The position numbers were made by a program, and so were the translations under genes. The notes under the pieces were generated by a model. That model saw nothing but the letters and a program-made list of their open reading frames with translations, did not search any database and was not told the origin of the DNA. From contig JAQCIU010000041.1 of the NCBI GenBank assembly GCA_027593235.1, forward strand, positions 1 to 26,629: a stretch of 26,629 nucleotides of DNA, given 5' to 3'. The stretch is from Chloroflexota bacterium. GTDB taxonomy: Bacteria > Chloroflexota > Dehalococcoidia > UBA2979. Every line of letters begins with the position of its first letter. The first letter of the stretch is position 1. Shown piece after piece: positions 1-8,891 of this stretch.

Positions 1-843
1 CTCTCTCGTCGCCAGCACCACGGCGGCGAGCCGTGCCGCCGGCAACGGCCGCCAGCGCCGGCGCAGGGCGGTCCGCGCCGGTTCTGCCAGCGCGAGCGCC
101 GGGCTCGTCGCTTCGAGGGCGCCCCATTCATCGAGGAGTCCGAGCGTTCGTCCGGCGCGCCCTCGTTCGGCGATCAAGGCGAACTCGCTCCACAACCGGT
201 CGCCGGAGACCGTGTCGAGCCAACGCGTGCCCTCGATGAGTCGCTCGCGTGTCGCGGCGGTCGGTCGCAGATCGTGATGTGCCGCCAATCGCGCGGCGCG
301 CCAGATACGCGTCGCGTCGTCCTCGAATGATCGCTGGTGCAGGACCTCGAACCGTCGTGCCGCGAGGTCGCCCAGCCCGTCATACGGGTCGAGCAACTCG
401 CCGGCGCGCGGTCCGGCCAGCGCGAGCGCGAGCGCGTTCACGCTGAAATCACGCCGCGCGAGGTCAGCCTCGACCGTCGCGCCTAGGGTCACGGACGGCA
501 GCGCGCCCGGCGCGTCGTATCGCTCGTCGCGCAGCGTCGCCAGGTCCAGTCGCTCGCCGCCCGCGACCACCGAGGCGGTCCCGAATCGCTCCTCGCCGCT
601 GACGATTCCGCCGAGGGCCTGCGCAACGGCGTGCGCCAGCGGCAGCGCGTCCCGGTCGACCGCGAGGTCGACATCGGCGAGCGGATCGCCGGCCGCGACG
701 TCGCGGATCGTGCCGCCCACGGCCCACAGTTGGAGGCCGCGCGCGTCGGCCTCGGTGGTCGCGGCGCGCAGCAGCGCCTGCGCGGGGGCCGTTAGTGCGG
801 CCTCCAGCGTCCTTCGGTGTGGCGGCGTAAGCGGTTTATCCAT
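1..843 (-). CDS. cca: CCA/tRNA nucleotidyltransferase (class II, PolyA_pol family), 3'-truncated by the window edge; absent from the ORF track
   Basis: Manual translation from ATG 843 is open to base 1: MDKPLTPPH...LWAVGGTIRD...DVDLAV (motif A, DxD), ERFGTA, LDLATLRDERYDAPGALPSV (flexible loop), EADLARRDFSVNALA (RRD), LLDPYDGLGDL, LHQRSFEDDATRIWRAAR. Confidence 0.92.
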   Translation of the reverse strand, partial: MDKPLTPPHRRTLEAALTAPAQALLRAATTEADARGLQLWAVGGTIRDVAAGDPLADVDLAVDRDALPLAHAVAQALGGIVSGEERFGTASVVAGGERLDLATLRDERYDAPGALPSVTLGATVEADLARRDFSVNALALALAGPRAGELLDPYDGLGDLAARRFEVLHQRSFEDDATRIWRAARLAAHHDLRPTAATRERLIEGTRWLDTVSGDRLWSEFALIAERGRAGRTLGLLDEWGALEATSPALALAEPARTALRRRWRPLPAARLAAVVLATRE

Positions 844-962
844 TCTTGACACCACCGAACCGCGTTCCTAGCATGGCCCGAACGACCAGCGCCCTCCCAG
901 TTGTCTGGGGTGGCGCGACGTAATCGTACGCACGGTGGGGCGCGTACGCTGGGAGACTAGGC

Positions 963-1814
963 GTGAGCGCCACCCTGCGACCCCCCATGTCTTCCCTTGA
1001 GGCTGGTGCCGTGCCCGTCAACTTCGACGCTCCCTCCGATGCGGATCCTTCCGCCCGGTTCGCCGATCTTGAAGCGCGGCTCAACACCACCTTCAACGAC
1101 CACGCGCTGCTCCTGACCGCGCTCACCCACCCCTCCTACGCCAACGAACACCCCGAGGATCCGACCGAGCACAACGAGCGCCTGGAGTTCCTGGGCGACG
1201 CCGTGCTCGGGATGATCGTCGCCCGCACCCTCTACCAGCGCTTTCCCGAGGTTCCCGAGGGCCGGCTGACCGAGTGGCGTGCGTACCTCGTCTGTGGACC
1301 AACGCTCTCGCGGGTCGCGGGAACGCTCGACCTCGGCCCCTGGCTGCGCCTGGGGCGCGGCGAGGATCAGACCGGGGGGCGCGAACGCGAGGGCAACCTC
1401 GAGCGCGCCTACGAGGCGATCGTCGGTGCGCTCTACCTGGATCGGGGGCTGAGCGTCGCGCGGAAGTTCGTCCGCGAGACGCTCGCGCATGAACTGGCGA
1501 CGCTGGAGATGAGCCCGGACGCCCTCAATCCAAAGGGAGCGCTCCAGGAACTCGTCCAGCAGCTCGGCAACGCGGAAGACGACAACGCCGTCAGGCCCGA
1601 GTATGTGCTGGTCACCGAATCCGGCCCGGACCATGAGCGCCACTACGAGATCGCCGTCGAGATCGACGGTGAGGCGCTGGGCCGCGGTGCCGGCGCCAGC
1701 AAGCAACAGGCAGAGAAAGCAGCAGCGGCGGAGGCCCTCGAACGGCTCCGCGCGCGGCTCGACGACGAAGGTGACGACCAGTCGCGCGTGGCGACGCGAG
1801 GGGACGGCCACTAG
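963..1814 (+). CDS. rnc: Ribonuclease III
   Basis: ALTHPSY, signature HNERLEFLGDAVLG, PEGRLT, C-terminal dsRBD (NPKGALQE...GPDH...GAGASKQQAEKAAA). GGGAG at 951-955 precedes GTG 963; alternative starts at 988 or later are possible. Confidence 0.97.
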   Translation: MSATLRPPMSSLEAGAVPVNFDAPSDADPSARFADLEARLNTTFNDHALLLTALTHPSYANEHPEDPTEHNERLEFLGDAVLGMIVARTLYQRFPEVPEGRLTEWRAYLVCGPTLSRVAGTLDLGPWLRLGRGEDQTGGREREGNLERAYEAIVGALYLDRGLSVARKFVRETLAHELATLEMSPDALNPKGALQELVQQLGNAEDDNAVRPEYVLVTESGPDHERHYEIAVEIDGEALGRGAGASKQQAEKAAAAEALERLRARLDDEGDDQSRVATRGDGH

Positions 1815-4800
1815 GTGTACCTGCGACGACTCGAGGTCCATGGGTTCAAGGCGTTCGCCGATCGGCAACGCTTTGAGTTCGGCAACGGCATGAGCGTGAT
1901 TGTCGGGCCGAACGGCTCCGGCAAGTCCAACGTGGCGGACGCGCTCCGCTGGGCCCTTGGCGAGCAGTCGTCGAAGCAGCTCCGCGCCCGCAAGACCGAG
2001 GACGTGATCTTCTCCGGTTCCGACAAGCGTCGTCAGATGGGCATGGCCGAGGTCACGGTCACGCTGGACAACACCGACGGTTGGATGCCGATCGATTTCA
2101 ACGAGGTGTCCGTCACCCGCCGCGCACACCGCTCCGGGGATAGCGAGTACCTGATCAACGGGCAGCAGGTGCGTCTCAGCGACGTGCTGGATCTGTTCCG
2201 TCGCGCCCAGGTCGGCCAGAACTCCTACGCCCACATGTCGCAGGGCCTCGTCGACGAGGTCCTTGCGCTCCGCCCCGGTGAGCGCCGCGAGCTGATCGAG
2301 GAAGCCGCCGATCTCCGTCGTCACCGCCACCAGCTCACGCTCTCCGAGCGCCGCCTGACCGAGACGCGCGACAACCTGGGCCACGTGCGGATGCTGATCC
2401 GCGAGGTCGAGCCACGGCTCCGCCAGCTCGAGCGCCAGTCCCGCAAGGCCGAGCGCTACCAGGAGCTTGCCGCCGAGCTGTCCGATGGGCTCCAGGTCTA
2501 CCTTGAGCACGAACTGCGCGAGGCGACCGAGAAGCACGCCGCCGGTAAGGCCAGCCACGACCAGCGTTCGCGCGCCTTTGGCGAGGCCACCTCGAAGATG
2601 ACCCAGCTCGAGCGACGCCTCGAGGGCCTGTCGACCGCCCTCGATGAGCACCGCGCCACGCTCGCCCAGTCGCAGAAGACCGAGCGCGCGCTCGCCGAGG
2701 AGGGTCTCCGCCTGGAGCAGGCCGTCGCTCTCGCCGATCAGCGCATGCAGCTGATCGGCGAGCGCCGCACCGAGCTGGAAGCGGCGATCGCAGCCGCCCC
2801 GCCCGGCGCCGCCGCTCCCGAGGATGATCAGACCGCCCTCGCGAACCTCGCGGCCACCGTTGAGCAGGCGCGCAGCACGCTCGCCCGTGAGCGCGAGGCG
2901 CTCACCGCCGCCGATGACACGACCCGCGCGATCCTCCGCGATCTGGCCGAAGCCGAGGCCCGCCGCGCCCGCCTCGAAGCGGACCGCGAAGACGCCGAGC
3001 GTCGCATCGCCGAACAGGCGCGCGAGCGGATCCGCCGCGAGACCGAGCGCGGCGCAGCCGGCGAACGCTTCGAGCTACTGAGCGCGGATCTGCGCGCCTA
3101 CCGGGACCGCTCGCCGCAACGTCGCGAGGTCTCCGTCCGGCTTGCGCGCCGCGCTGGTGATGCGCGCAAGCGCCGCGCCGCCGCCGAGGCCACGCTCGAG
3201 CGCGTGCAAACGGAGCAGGAGCAGGCCGCGAAGCACTTGCGCGACGCCGAGTCCGAGGCCGGGACGCTGGAGCAGCGCCACCTGCTGCTCGAGCAGCTCA
3301 CCGTCAGCCTGGAGACCGCCCAGGGCGCGCCGCGCGCCGTCATCGAGGCCGGTCGCCAGACGCCACCGACGCGCGAAGAACCGCTCGAGGGTGTGGTCGA
3401 TCTGCTCAGCCGCCTGATCCAGGTACCGAGCGGCCTTGAAGCGGCGATCGAAGCCGCCCTCGCCGAGCACCTCTCCGCCGTGGTCGTCGAGCGCGAAGAG
3501 GACGCCCTCGCCGCGATCGAGTACCTCCGTGACGCCGAGGCCGGTGCGGCCACGGTCTACCCGCTCGATCGCATCGAGCACGTGTTCCCCGTGAACCTGT
3601 TCAACGAGCGCGGGGTGATCGGCGTCGCCGCACGCCTCGTTCGCACCGAACAGAAGTACCGGCCGCTCGTCGACACGCTGCTCGGCCGCGTGATCGTCGT
3701 CGATGACCTCAAGGTCGCTCAGCAGATGGTGCGCCGCGGCCTCGGCTCGGTCGTCACCCGCGACGGCGTCCTGCTCCGCCCCAACGGCTCCGTCTACGGC
3801 GGTCGCAGTGGCGCGGGCGTCGAGGAGTTCGGACTGCGGCGCGAGCTTGAGTCGCTGCCGGAGCAGATCGCCGTCGCACGCGAGCGGCTGACGCTGGAGC
3901 GCGAGCGTGCACAGCGCAGCGAGCGCGTCGTCGCCGAGGCCCGCGCGGCCATCGTCATCGCCCGCGCCGAACTCGACGCCGTCGATATCGAGGTGCGTGC
4001 CGCCGATCAGGAGCGCGCTCGAGAGCGCCGCGCCTTCGGCCAGGTCGTCTCCGAACTGCGTTCGCTCCGCACCGTGCTGACCCGCGACGAGGACGCCGAG
4101 GAGATCGCCGCCGCCACCCGCGAACGGCTCGACACGGCCGAGCAGTCGTTCGCCGCCCTGCAACTGGACATCACCAAGCTCCGTGATCGCTCAACGTCGA
4201 TCTCGACCGAGCGCGACGCGGTCGCCGTGCGCCTCGATGCCGCGACGCAGACGCTCGCTCAGCGGGAGGCGGAGCACCGCGCGGAGACCACGCGCCGGCA
4301 GGAACGCGAGGACGAACGCCGCCGCCTGCGCGAGCAGCTCGAGCAGCAGCGGAACCAGTTCGCCAACCTCACCCGCGAACAGCAGGACCTCGAACTCTCG
4401 CTGCAGGACTACCGCGCTCGGCTGGCCAACAACCGCAGCGCCCGCACCGAGGCGCAGGAGGCGGTCGGCCCCGCCCACGCCGCCGTCGCCCAGCGCGAGG
4501 AGGAAGAGCGCGGGCTGTCGGCGACACGCCACGATGTCCAGCGCACACTCCTCGAGGCTGAGCGCGAGATGCTCACCAGCGAGGCCACCGTTCGCGAGCA
4601 GGCGCAGCGCGTGACTCAGCTCCGCGAGCAGGTCGACGAGGAAGGCATGGAGATCCGCGACGACGGCTCCGTCCGCCCGCGTATCGTCGCCGCCTCCGCA
4701 GCCGCCTTCTCCGAAGCGATCGACGGCGAACTCGATTCGCTCGAGGCCGATGACGACGACGACGAGGAGAGCGAAGCCGTCGAGCTGGCGTTGCCCGCCG

Positions 4801-5498
4801 CGATCGCCGGTGGCGCCGAGGTCGACATCCCCGCGCTCCGCGAGCGGATCCACGAGCTGCGCGCCGCCATCCGCGGCCTCGGCCCCGTGAACCTCGAAGC
4901 GCTCGAGGATCTGAGCGAAGAGCAAGAGCGCCACGACTTCCTCGTCGGGCAGATCGACGATCTCGAGGCCGCCGAAGGCGAGCTGCGCGAGGCGATCCGC
5001 GACCTCCGTCGATTGATCCGCGAACGCTTCGTCGAAACCTTCGATCAGGTGAACACGCGCTTCGGCGAGTACTTCACCCGTTTCTTCGGTGGCGGCCACG
5101 CCGAGCTGAAGCTGCTGGTGAACGAGGAAGAGCCGGAGTCCGAACCCGGCGTCGAGATCGTCGCGCAGCCCCCCGGCAAGCGGATCTCGAACCTCGCGAT
5201 CCTCTCCGGCGGCGAGCGTTCGATGACCTCGGTCGCGCTGCTCTTCGCGCTGCTGTCGGTGAACCCCGCGCCGGTCGTCGTGCTCGACGAGGTGGATGCC
5301 GCACTCGATGAGGCGAACGTCGGCCGCTTCGTCGACACCCTCAAGGAACTCCGCGAGCGCAGTCAGTTCGTCGTCATCTCGCACAACCGCGCGACCATCG
5401 AGGCCGGCGACGCGATCTACGGCGTCTCGATGGGTGACGATTCGTCTTCGCAGGTGCTCTCGCTCAAGGTCGAGCAGATGGCGCTCGCCTCAGCCTAG
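1815..5498 (+). CDS. smc: Chromosome segregation protein SMC
   Basis: GFKAF, Walker A GPNGSGKSN, Q-loop SQG, long coiled coils, hinge (DGVLLRPNGSVYGG), LGPVN, signature LSGGE, Walker B VVVLDEVDAALD, ISH. GTG start directly abuts the rnc stop codon. Confidence 0.98.
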   Translation: MYLRRLEVHGFKAFADRQRFEFGNGMSVIVGPNGSGKSNVADALRWALGEQSSKQLRARKTEDVIFSGSDKRRQMGMAEVTVTLDNTDGWMPIDFNEVSVTRRAHRSGDSEYLINGQQVRLSDVLDLFRRAQVGQNSYAHMSQGLVDEVLALRPGERRELIEEAADLRRHRHQLTLSERRLTETRDNLGHVRMLIREVEPRLRQLERQSRKAERYQELAAELSDGLQVYLEHELREATEKHAAGKASHDQRSRAFGEATSKMTQLERRLEGLSTALDEHRATLAQSQKTERALAEEGLRLEQAVALADQRMQLIGERRTELEAAIAAAPPGAAAPEDDQTALANLAATVEQARSTLAREREALTAADDTTRAILRDLAEAEARRARLEADREDAERRIAEQARERIRRETERGAAGERFELLSADLRAYRDRSPQRREVSVRLARRAGDARKRRAAAEATLERVQTEQEQAAKHLRDAESEAGTLEQRHLLLEQLTVSLETAQGAPRAVIEAGRQTPPTREEPLEGVVDLLSRLIQVPSGLEAAIEAALAEHLSAVVVEREEDALAAIEYLRDAEAGAATVYPLDRIEHVFPVNLFNERGVIGVAARLVRTEQKYRPLVDTLLGRVIVVDDLKVAQQMVRRGLGSVVTRDGVLLRPNGSVYGGRSGAGVEEFGLRRELESLPEQIAVARERLTLERERAQRSERVVAEARAAIVIARAELDAVDIEVRAADQERARERRAFGQVVSELRSLRTVLTRDEDAEEIAAATRERLDTAEQSFAALQLDITKLRDRSTSISTERDAVAVRLDAATQTLAQREAEHRAETTRRQEREDERRRLREQLEQQRNQFANLTREQQDLELSLQDYRARLANNRSARTEAQEAVGPAHAAVAQREEEERGLSATRHDVQRTLLEAEREMLTSEATVREQAQRVTQLREQVDEEGMEIRDDGSVRPRIVAASAAAFSEAIDGELDSLEADDDDDEESEAVELALPAAIAGGAEVDIPALRERIHELRAAIRGLGPVNLEALEDLSEEQERHDFLVGQIDDLEAAEGELREAIRDLRRLIRERFVETFDQVNTRFGEYFTRFFGGGHAELKLLVNEEEPESEPGVEIVAQPPGKRISNLAILSGGERSMTSVALLFALLSVNPAPVVVLDEVDAALDEANVGRFVDTLKELRERSQFVVISHNRATIEAGDAIYGVSMGDDSSSQVLSLKVEQMALASA

Positions 5499-5611
5499 GG
5501 ATCGCGGGATCGGGGTTTCGGCGTAGTCGTGCGAAGCCTCAGGCCGTACGATCGTCGCAACCCCACCCCCACGTTCAGCACGCCCGTACGCGCCAGCCGA
5601 GGGGAACGTCC

Positions 5612-6604
5612 GTGAGATTGTTCGGACGCAGCAAAGAGAGCGATCAGGCCACCGACCAGGCGCTTGAGCGCACCCGCCGCTCGTTCTTCGGGCGGATGAG
5701 CGAAATCTTCCGTGGATCCGACGTCACCGAGGAACTCTGGGAGTCCCTCGAAGAGGTGCTGATCGGCGCCGACACCGGCGTCACCACCACGATGGAACTG
5801 CTGGATCGCGTCCGCGCCAAGAACCCGTCACAGGCCGAGGACGTCCGGCGCCTGCTCCGCGAGGAGTTGCTGGCGATCCTGCGCGCGCCCTCGGAAGCCA
5901 CGCAGGGCCGGCTCTGGGGCCTGCCGGACGATGCGCCCGAACCCGATCGCCCGTGGGTCGTGCTCATCGTCGGCGTCAACGGCAGCGGGAAGACGACCGC
6001 GGTCGGCCGTCTCGCCTTCGCGTACCAGGAGCAGGGGCGCAAGGTCATCGCCGCCGCCGGCGACACCTTCCGTGCCGCCGCGATCGAGCAACTCCAGAAC
6101 TGGGGCCGCCGACTCAACTTCGAGGTGATCGCGCATCAGCAGGGCGCCGATCCCGCCGCGATCGCCTACGACACCATCGAGGCGGCGCGTGCCCGCGGCC
6201 ACGACGTCGTGTTGATCGACACCGCCGGTCGCCTCCAGAGCAAGAAGAACCTGATGGACGAACTGTCCAAGGTGCGCCGCGTGATCGAACGTCACGTCGA
6301 CCGCGGTCCCGACGAGGTGCTGCTCGTCCTCGATGCCACCACCGGGCAGAACGGGCTCTCGCAGGCCCGTGCCTTCGCCGAAGCTGTCGACGTCACCAGC
6401 GTGATGCTCACCAAACTCGATAGCTCCGCAAAAGGCGGCATCGTCTTCGCGATTGCGCAGGAGTTCGGCCTGCCGGTGCGCTTCGTTGGCGTCGGCCAGG
6501 AACCGGGTGACCTCGCGCCGTTCGATCCGGAGGCGTTCGTCGACGCACTGCTCGGTCATGCCGACGAGCACGAGCGGGTGACCGCCGGAGCGTCGGGCGA
6601 CTAG
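5612..6604 (+). CDS. ftsY: Signal recognition particle receptor FtsY (short form, no acidic A domain)
   Basis: GVNGSGKTT, DTFRAAA, DTAGRL, DATTGQN, TKLDSSAKGG. RBS GAGGGG upstream. rnc-smc-ftsY order. Confidence 0.97.
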   Translation: MRLFGRSKESDQATDQALERTRRSFFGRMSEIFRGSDVTEELWESLEEVLIGADTGVTTTMELLDRVRAKNPSQAEDVRRLLREELLAILRAPSEATQGRLWGLPDDAPEPDRPWVVLIVGVNGSGKTTAVGRLAFAYQEQGRKVIAAAGDTFRAAAIEQLQNWGRRLNFEVIAHQQGADPAAIAYDTIEAARARGHDVVLIDTAGRLQSKKNLMDELSKVRRVIERHVDRGPDEVLLVLDATTGQNGLSQARAFAEAVDVTSVMLTKLDSSAKGGIVFAIAQEFGLPVRFVGVGQEPGDLAPFDPEAFVDALLGHADEHERVTAGASGD

Positions 6605-6619
6605 CCCGAGGCACTAGCG

Positions 6620-8872
6620 ATGGCCGACGCGTTCCGCTGGTACCTCGCGACGGTGCTGATCGCCGGCGCCGGATTGGTGCCCGCGGCCGCCCTCTTTCCC
6701 ACGCTGCGTTCTCGCGGCGTCTTCTACGCCCGGCCGCTGGCGCTGGTCCTGCTCTCGGTCGGCGCCTGGTGGCTCGGCTGGAGCGGCCTCATCCCATACG
6801 GCGTGGTGGCGATTGCCCTCGTGCTCGCCGCGCTCTGGCTCGCAACCGGCGTGCTGGCACTCCGTGACCGCAAACTCGTTCCCGCGATCGTCGCGCAGTG
6901 GCGGCCGCTGCTGATCGGTGAGTGCGTCTTCCTCGTCGTCTTCGCGCTGCTCGCGTTCGCGCGTGCGCAGGCGCCCAACGCCGCCGCCACCGAGAAGCCG
7001 ATGGATCTGTTGATGTTGACCGCGATCCATCGCGCCGATTCGCTACCCGCGCCCGATCCCTGGCTCAGTGGGGAGCGCGTTTCCTACTACCACCTCGGTC
7101 ATCTCACCGTGGATGCGGTCGGGCAGCTCTCCGCGAACGGTCCGGAGATCGCCTTCAATCTCGGAATGGCGATGGTCGCCGCCGCCGCTGCGACCGCGAT
7201 CTTCGGGCTCGCCGGCGACGTGCTCGCGCTCAGTCCTCTCCGCCGCCGCGCAACCGCCTCGGTCGCCGGCGTCAGCGCCGTCTTCGCGCTGCTCTGGGTC
7301 GCCCCGCTCTCCAGTCACGTCGATATCGTTACGATCTTCGCTGAGGGTGATGGCGCGCGCTGGTTCGACCGCTGGTGGTGGTGGTGGGGTGCGACGCGTG
7401 TCTTCCCCGGCCCGATCACCGAGTTCCCGGCGTTCTCCCTCCTGCTCGGCGATCTCCACGCCCACGTGCTCTCCCTGCCGATCACAATCCTCGCGGTCGC
7501 CCTCGCGGTGGGCACCTTCCAGGGGCAATCAGCGCTCACCTGGCGCGCGTGGCTGACCGATCCGGTCCGCCTGGTCCTCGCCAGCGCTGTCTTCGCGGCG
7601 CTGTTCATGACGAATAGCTGGGACGTCTTCACCTTCGGCCCGCTCTGGTTCGCCGCGGCCGTCGTGGCGTTCCGCCGCGTCGGTTGGAGCTGGCCGGGGG
7701 CGGTCTTCGGCGGTGGCCGCTACCTCGTACTGCCGGCCGGCCTCGCGCTTCTCTTCGCCGCGCCGTTCATCGCCAACCTCGATTACACGTCGCGCTCACT
7801 CGAGCTGGTCAGTACCGAGGCCGCCGATCCCCTCAACTGGCTCCTGATCTGGCTCGTGCCGTTACTCCCGATCGGTCTCGCGGTCGCCGCACTCGAGGTC
7901 CGCGCCGACCGGAAAGCCGCGCTCTTCGCCGCGCTCGCCGCCACCGCCGCCGTCTGGCTCTGGGCGGTCGGCCAGCTCGCCACCGGTCACGCCAGCGCGC
8001 TGGTCGATCGAGCCTCGGGCTGGATCGTCCTGCTTGTGCTCGTCTCCGCGATCGGCCTCGGTGTTGGCGTGATCACGAGGGCGCAACGAACCCGCGACGA
8101 TGCGCTCGCCGGTTGGGTCGCGATTGCCGTCGCCGCCGCCGTGGTGATGCTCGCGACGGAGCTGCTGAACATCCGCACGGAGACCGCCGGTCGTTTTAAC
8201 ACCGTGTTCAAGCTCTGGTATCACCTCTGGACGCTCGTCGCCCTCGCCGGTGCCGTCGCCTTTGCGATGGTGTTCGACCGCCTCGGCTGGCGTGCGCTGC
8301 TCTCGAGGCTCCGCCACCCCGTCGCCGCGATCGCCCTCAGCGCCGGCGCGGTCGTCTACCTCGGTGCCTTTGTCTACGCGCCGGCGATGGCGATCAGCCG
8401 CGCGCGCGAGGGTCAGCCGACAACGCTCAACGCGCTTCGCTACCTCGATCGTTCCGATCCCGGCCTCGCCGGCGCCATCGACTTCGCGTGGACTCGCCTC
8501 GATCCAGAGGACGACGTGCTGCTCCAGGCGGTTGGCGAACCCTACGGACCGGGCGGGATCCTCGCCGCCGCGAGCGGGGTCCCGACGGTCCTCAACTGGC
8601 CGTATCACGAGATTCAGTGGCGCGGCTCGCCGGACGCGATCGCCGGCCGTCGCGAGCTGGTGCAGGCGATCTACAGCCTCGGCGCCACTCCCGAGGCCGA
8701 GCAGGCTGCCACCAGCTACGGCGTGACCTACGTCTACATCGGCCGCGAGGAGCGCGCACAGTTCGGCGCGGACGTGGCACAACGATTCGCGGGCTGGGCG
8801 GTTGCGTGGGAGGGTGACGGCGCGTTGATCATCGCCGTCCCGTCCGTGCCCGGAGTGGTGGCGCAGCCGTGA
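6620..8872 (+). CDS. DUF2298 / Chlor_Arch_YYY-type polytopic membrane protein (probable GT-C-like)
   Basis: Many TM segments; motifs EKPMD, PAPDPWLSG..YYHLGH, ITEFPAFSLLLGDLHAH, NSWD, RFNTVFKLWY, SGVPTVLNWPYHEIQWRG, YGVTYVYIGREER. Confidence 0.85.
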   Translation: MADAFRWYLATVLIAGAGLVPAAALFPTLRSRGVFYARPLALVLLSVGAWWLGWSGLIPYGVVAIALVLAALWLATGVLALRDRKLVPAIVAQWRPLLIGECVFLVVFALLAFARAQAPNAAATEKPMDLLMLTAIHRADSLPAPDPWLSGERVSYYHLGHLTVDAVGQLSANGPEIAFNLGMAMVAAAAATAIFGLAGDVLALSPLRRRATASVAGVSAVFALLWVAPLSSHVDIVTIFAEGDGARWFDRWWWWWGATRVFPGPITEFPAFSLLLGDLHAHVLSLPITILAVALAVGTFQGQSALTWRAWLTDPVRLVLASAVFAALFMTNSWDVFTFGPLWFAAAVVAFRRVGWSWPGAVFGGGRYLVLPAGLALLFAAPFIANLDYTSRSLELVSTEAADPLNWLLIWLVPLLPIGLAVAALEVRADRKAALFAALAATAAVWLWAVGQLATGHASALVDRASGWIVLLVLVSAIGLGVGVITRAQRTRDDALAGWVAIAVAAAVVMLATELLNIRTETAGRFNTVFKLWYHLWTLVALAGAVAFAMVFDRLGWRALLSRLRHPVAAIALSAGAVVYLGAFVYAPAMAISRAREGQPTTLNALRYLDRSDPGLAGAIDFAWTRLDPEDDVLLQAVGEPYGPGGILAAASGVPTVLNWPYHEIQWRGSPDAIAGRRELVQAIYSLGATPEAEQAATSYGVTYVYIGREERAQFGADVAQRFAGWAVAWEGDGALIIAVPSVPGVVAQP

Positions 8873-8891
8873 GCCTCAGGACCATCGCCCC

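Noticed and set aside
5567-5578. 12-mer CCCCACGTTCAG also found inverted at 21022-21033
   Set aside because: A 12-nt match is expected by chance in 26 kb of GC-rich DNA, and the flanks do not extend it.
7373-7387. (TGG)5 as a phase-variation or Trp-attenuator signal
   Set aside because: A triplet repeat keeps the frame, and it lies deep inside a membrane-protein CDS rather than a leader peptide.
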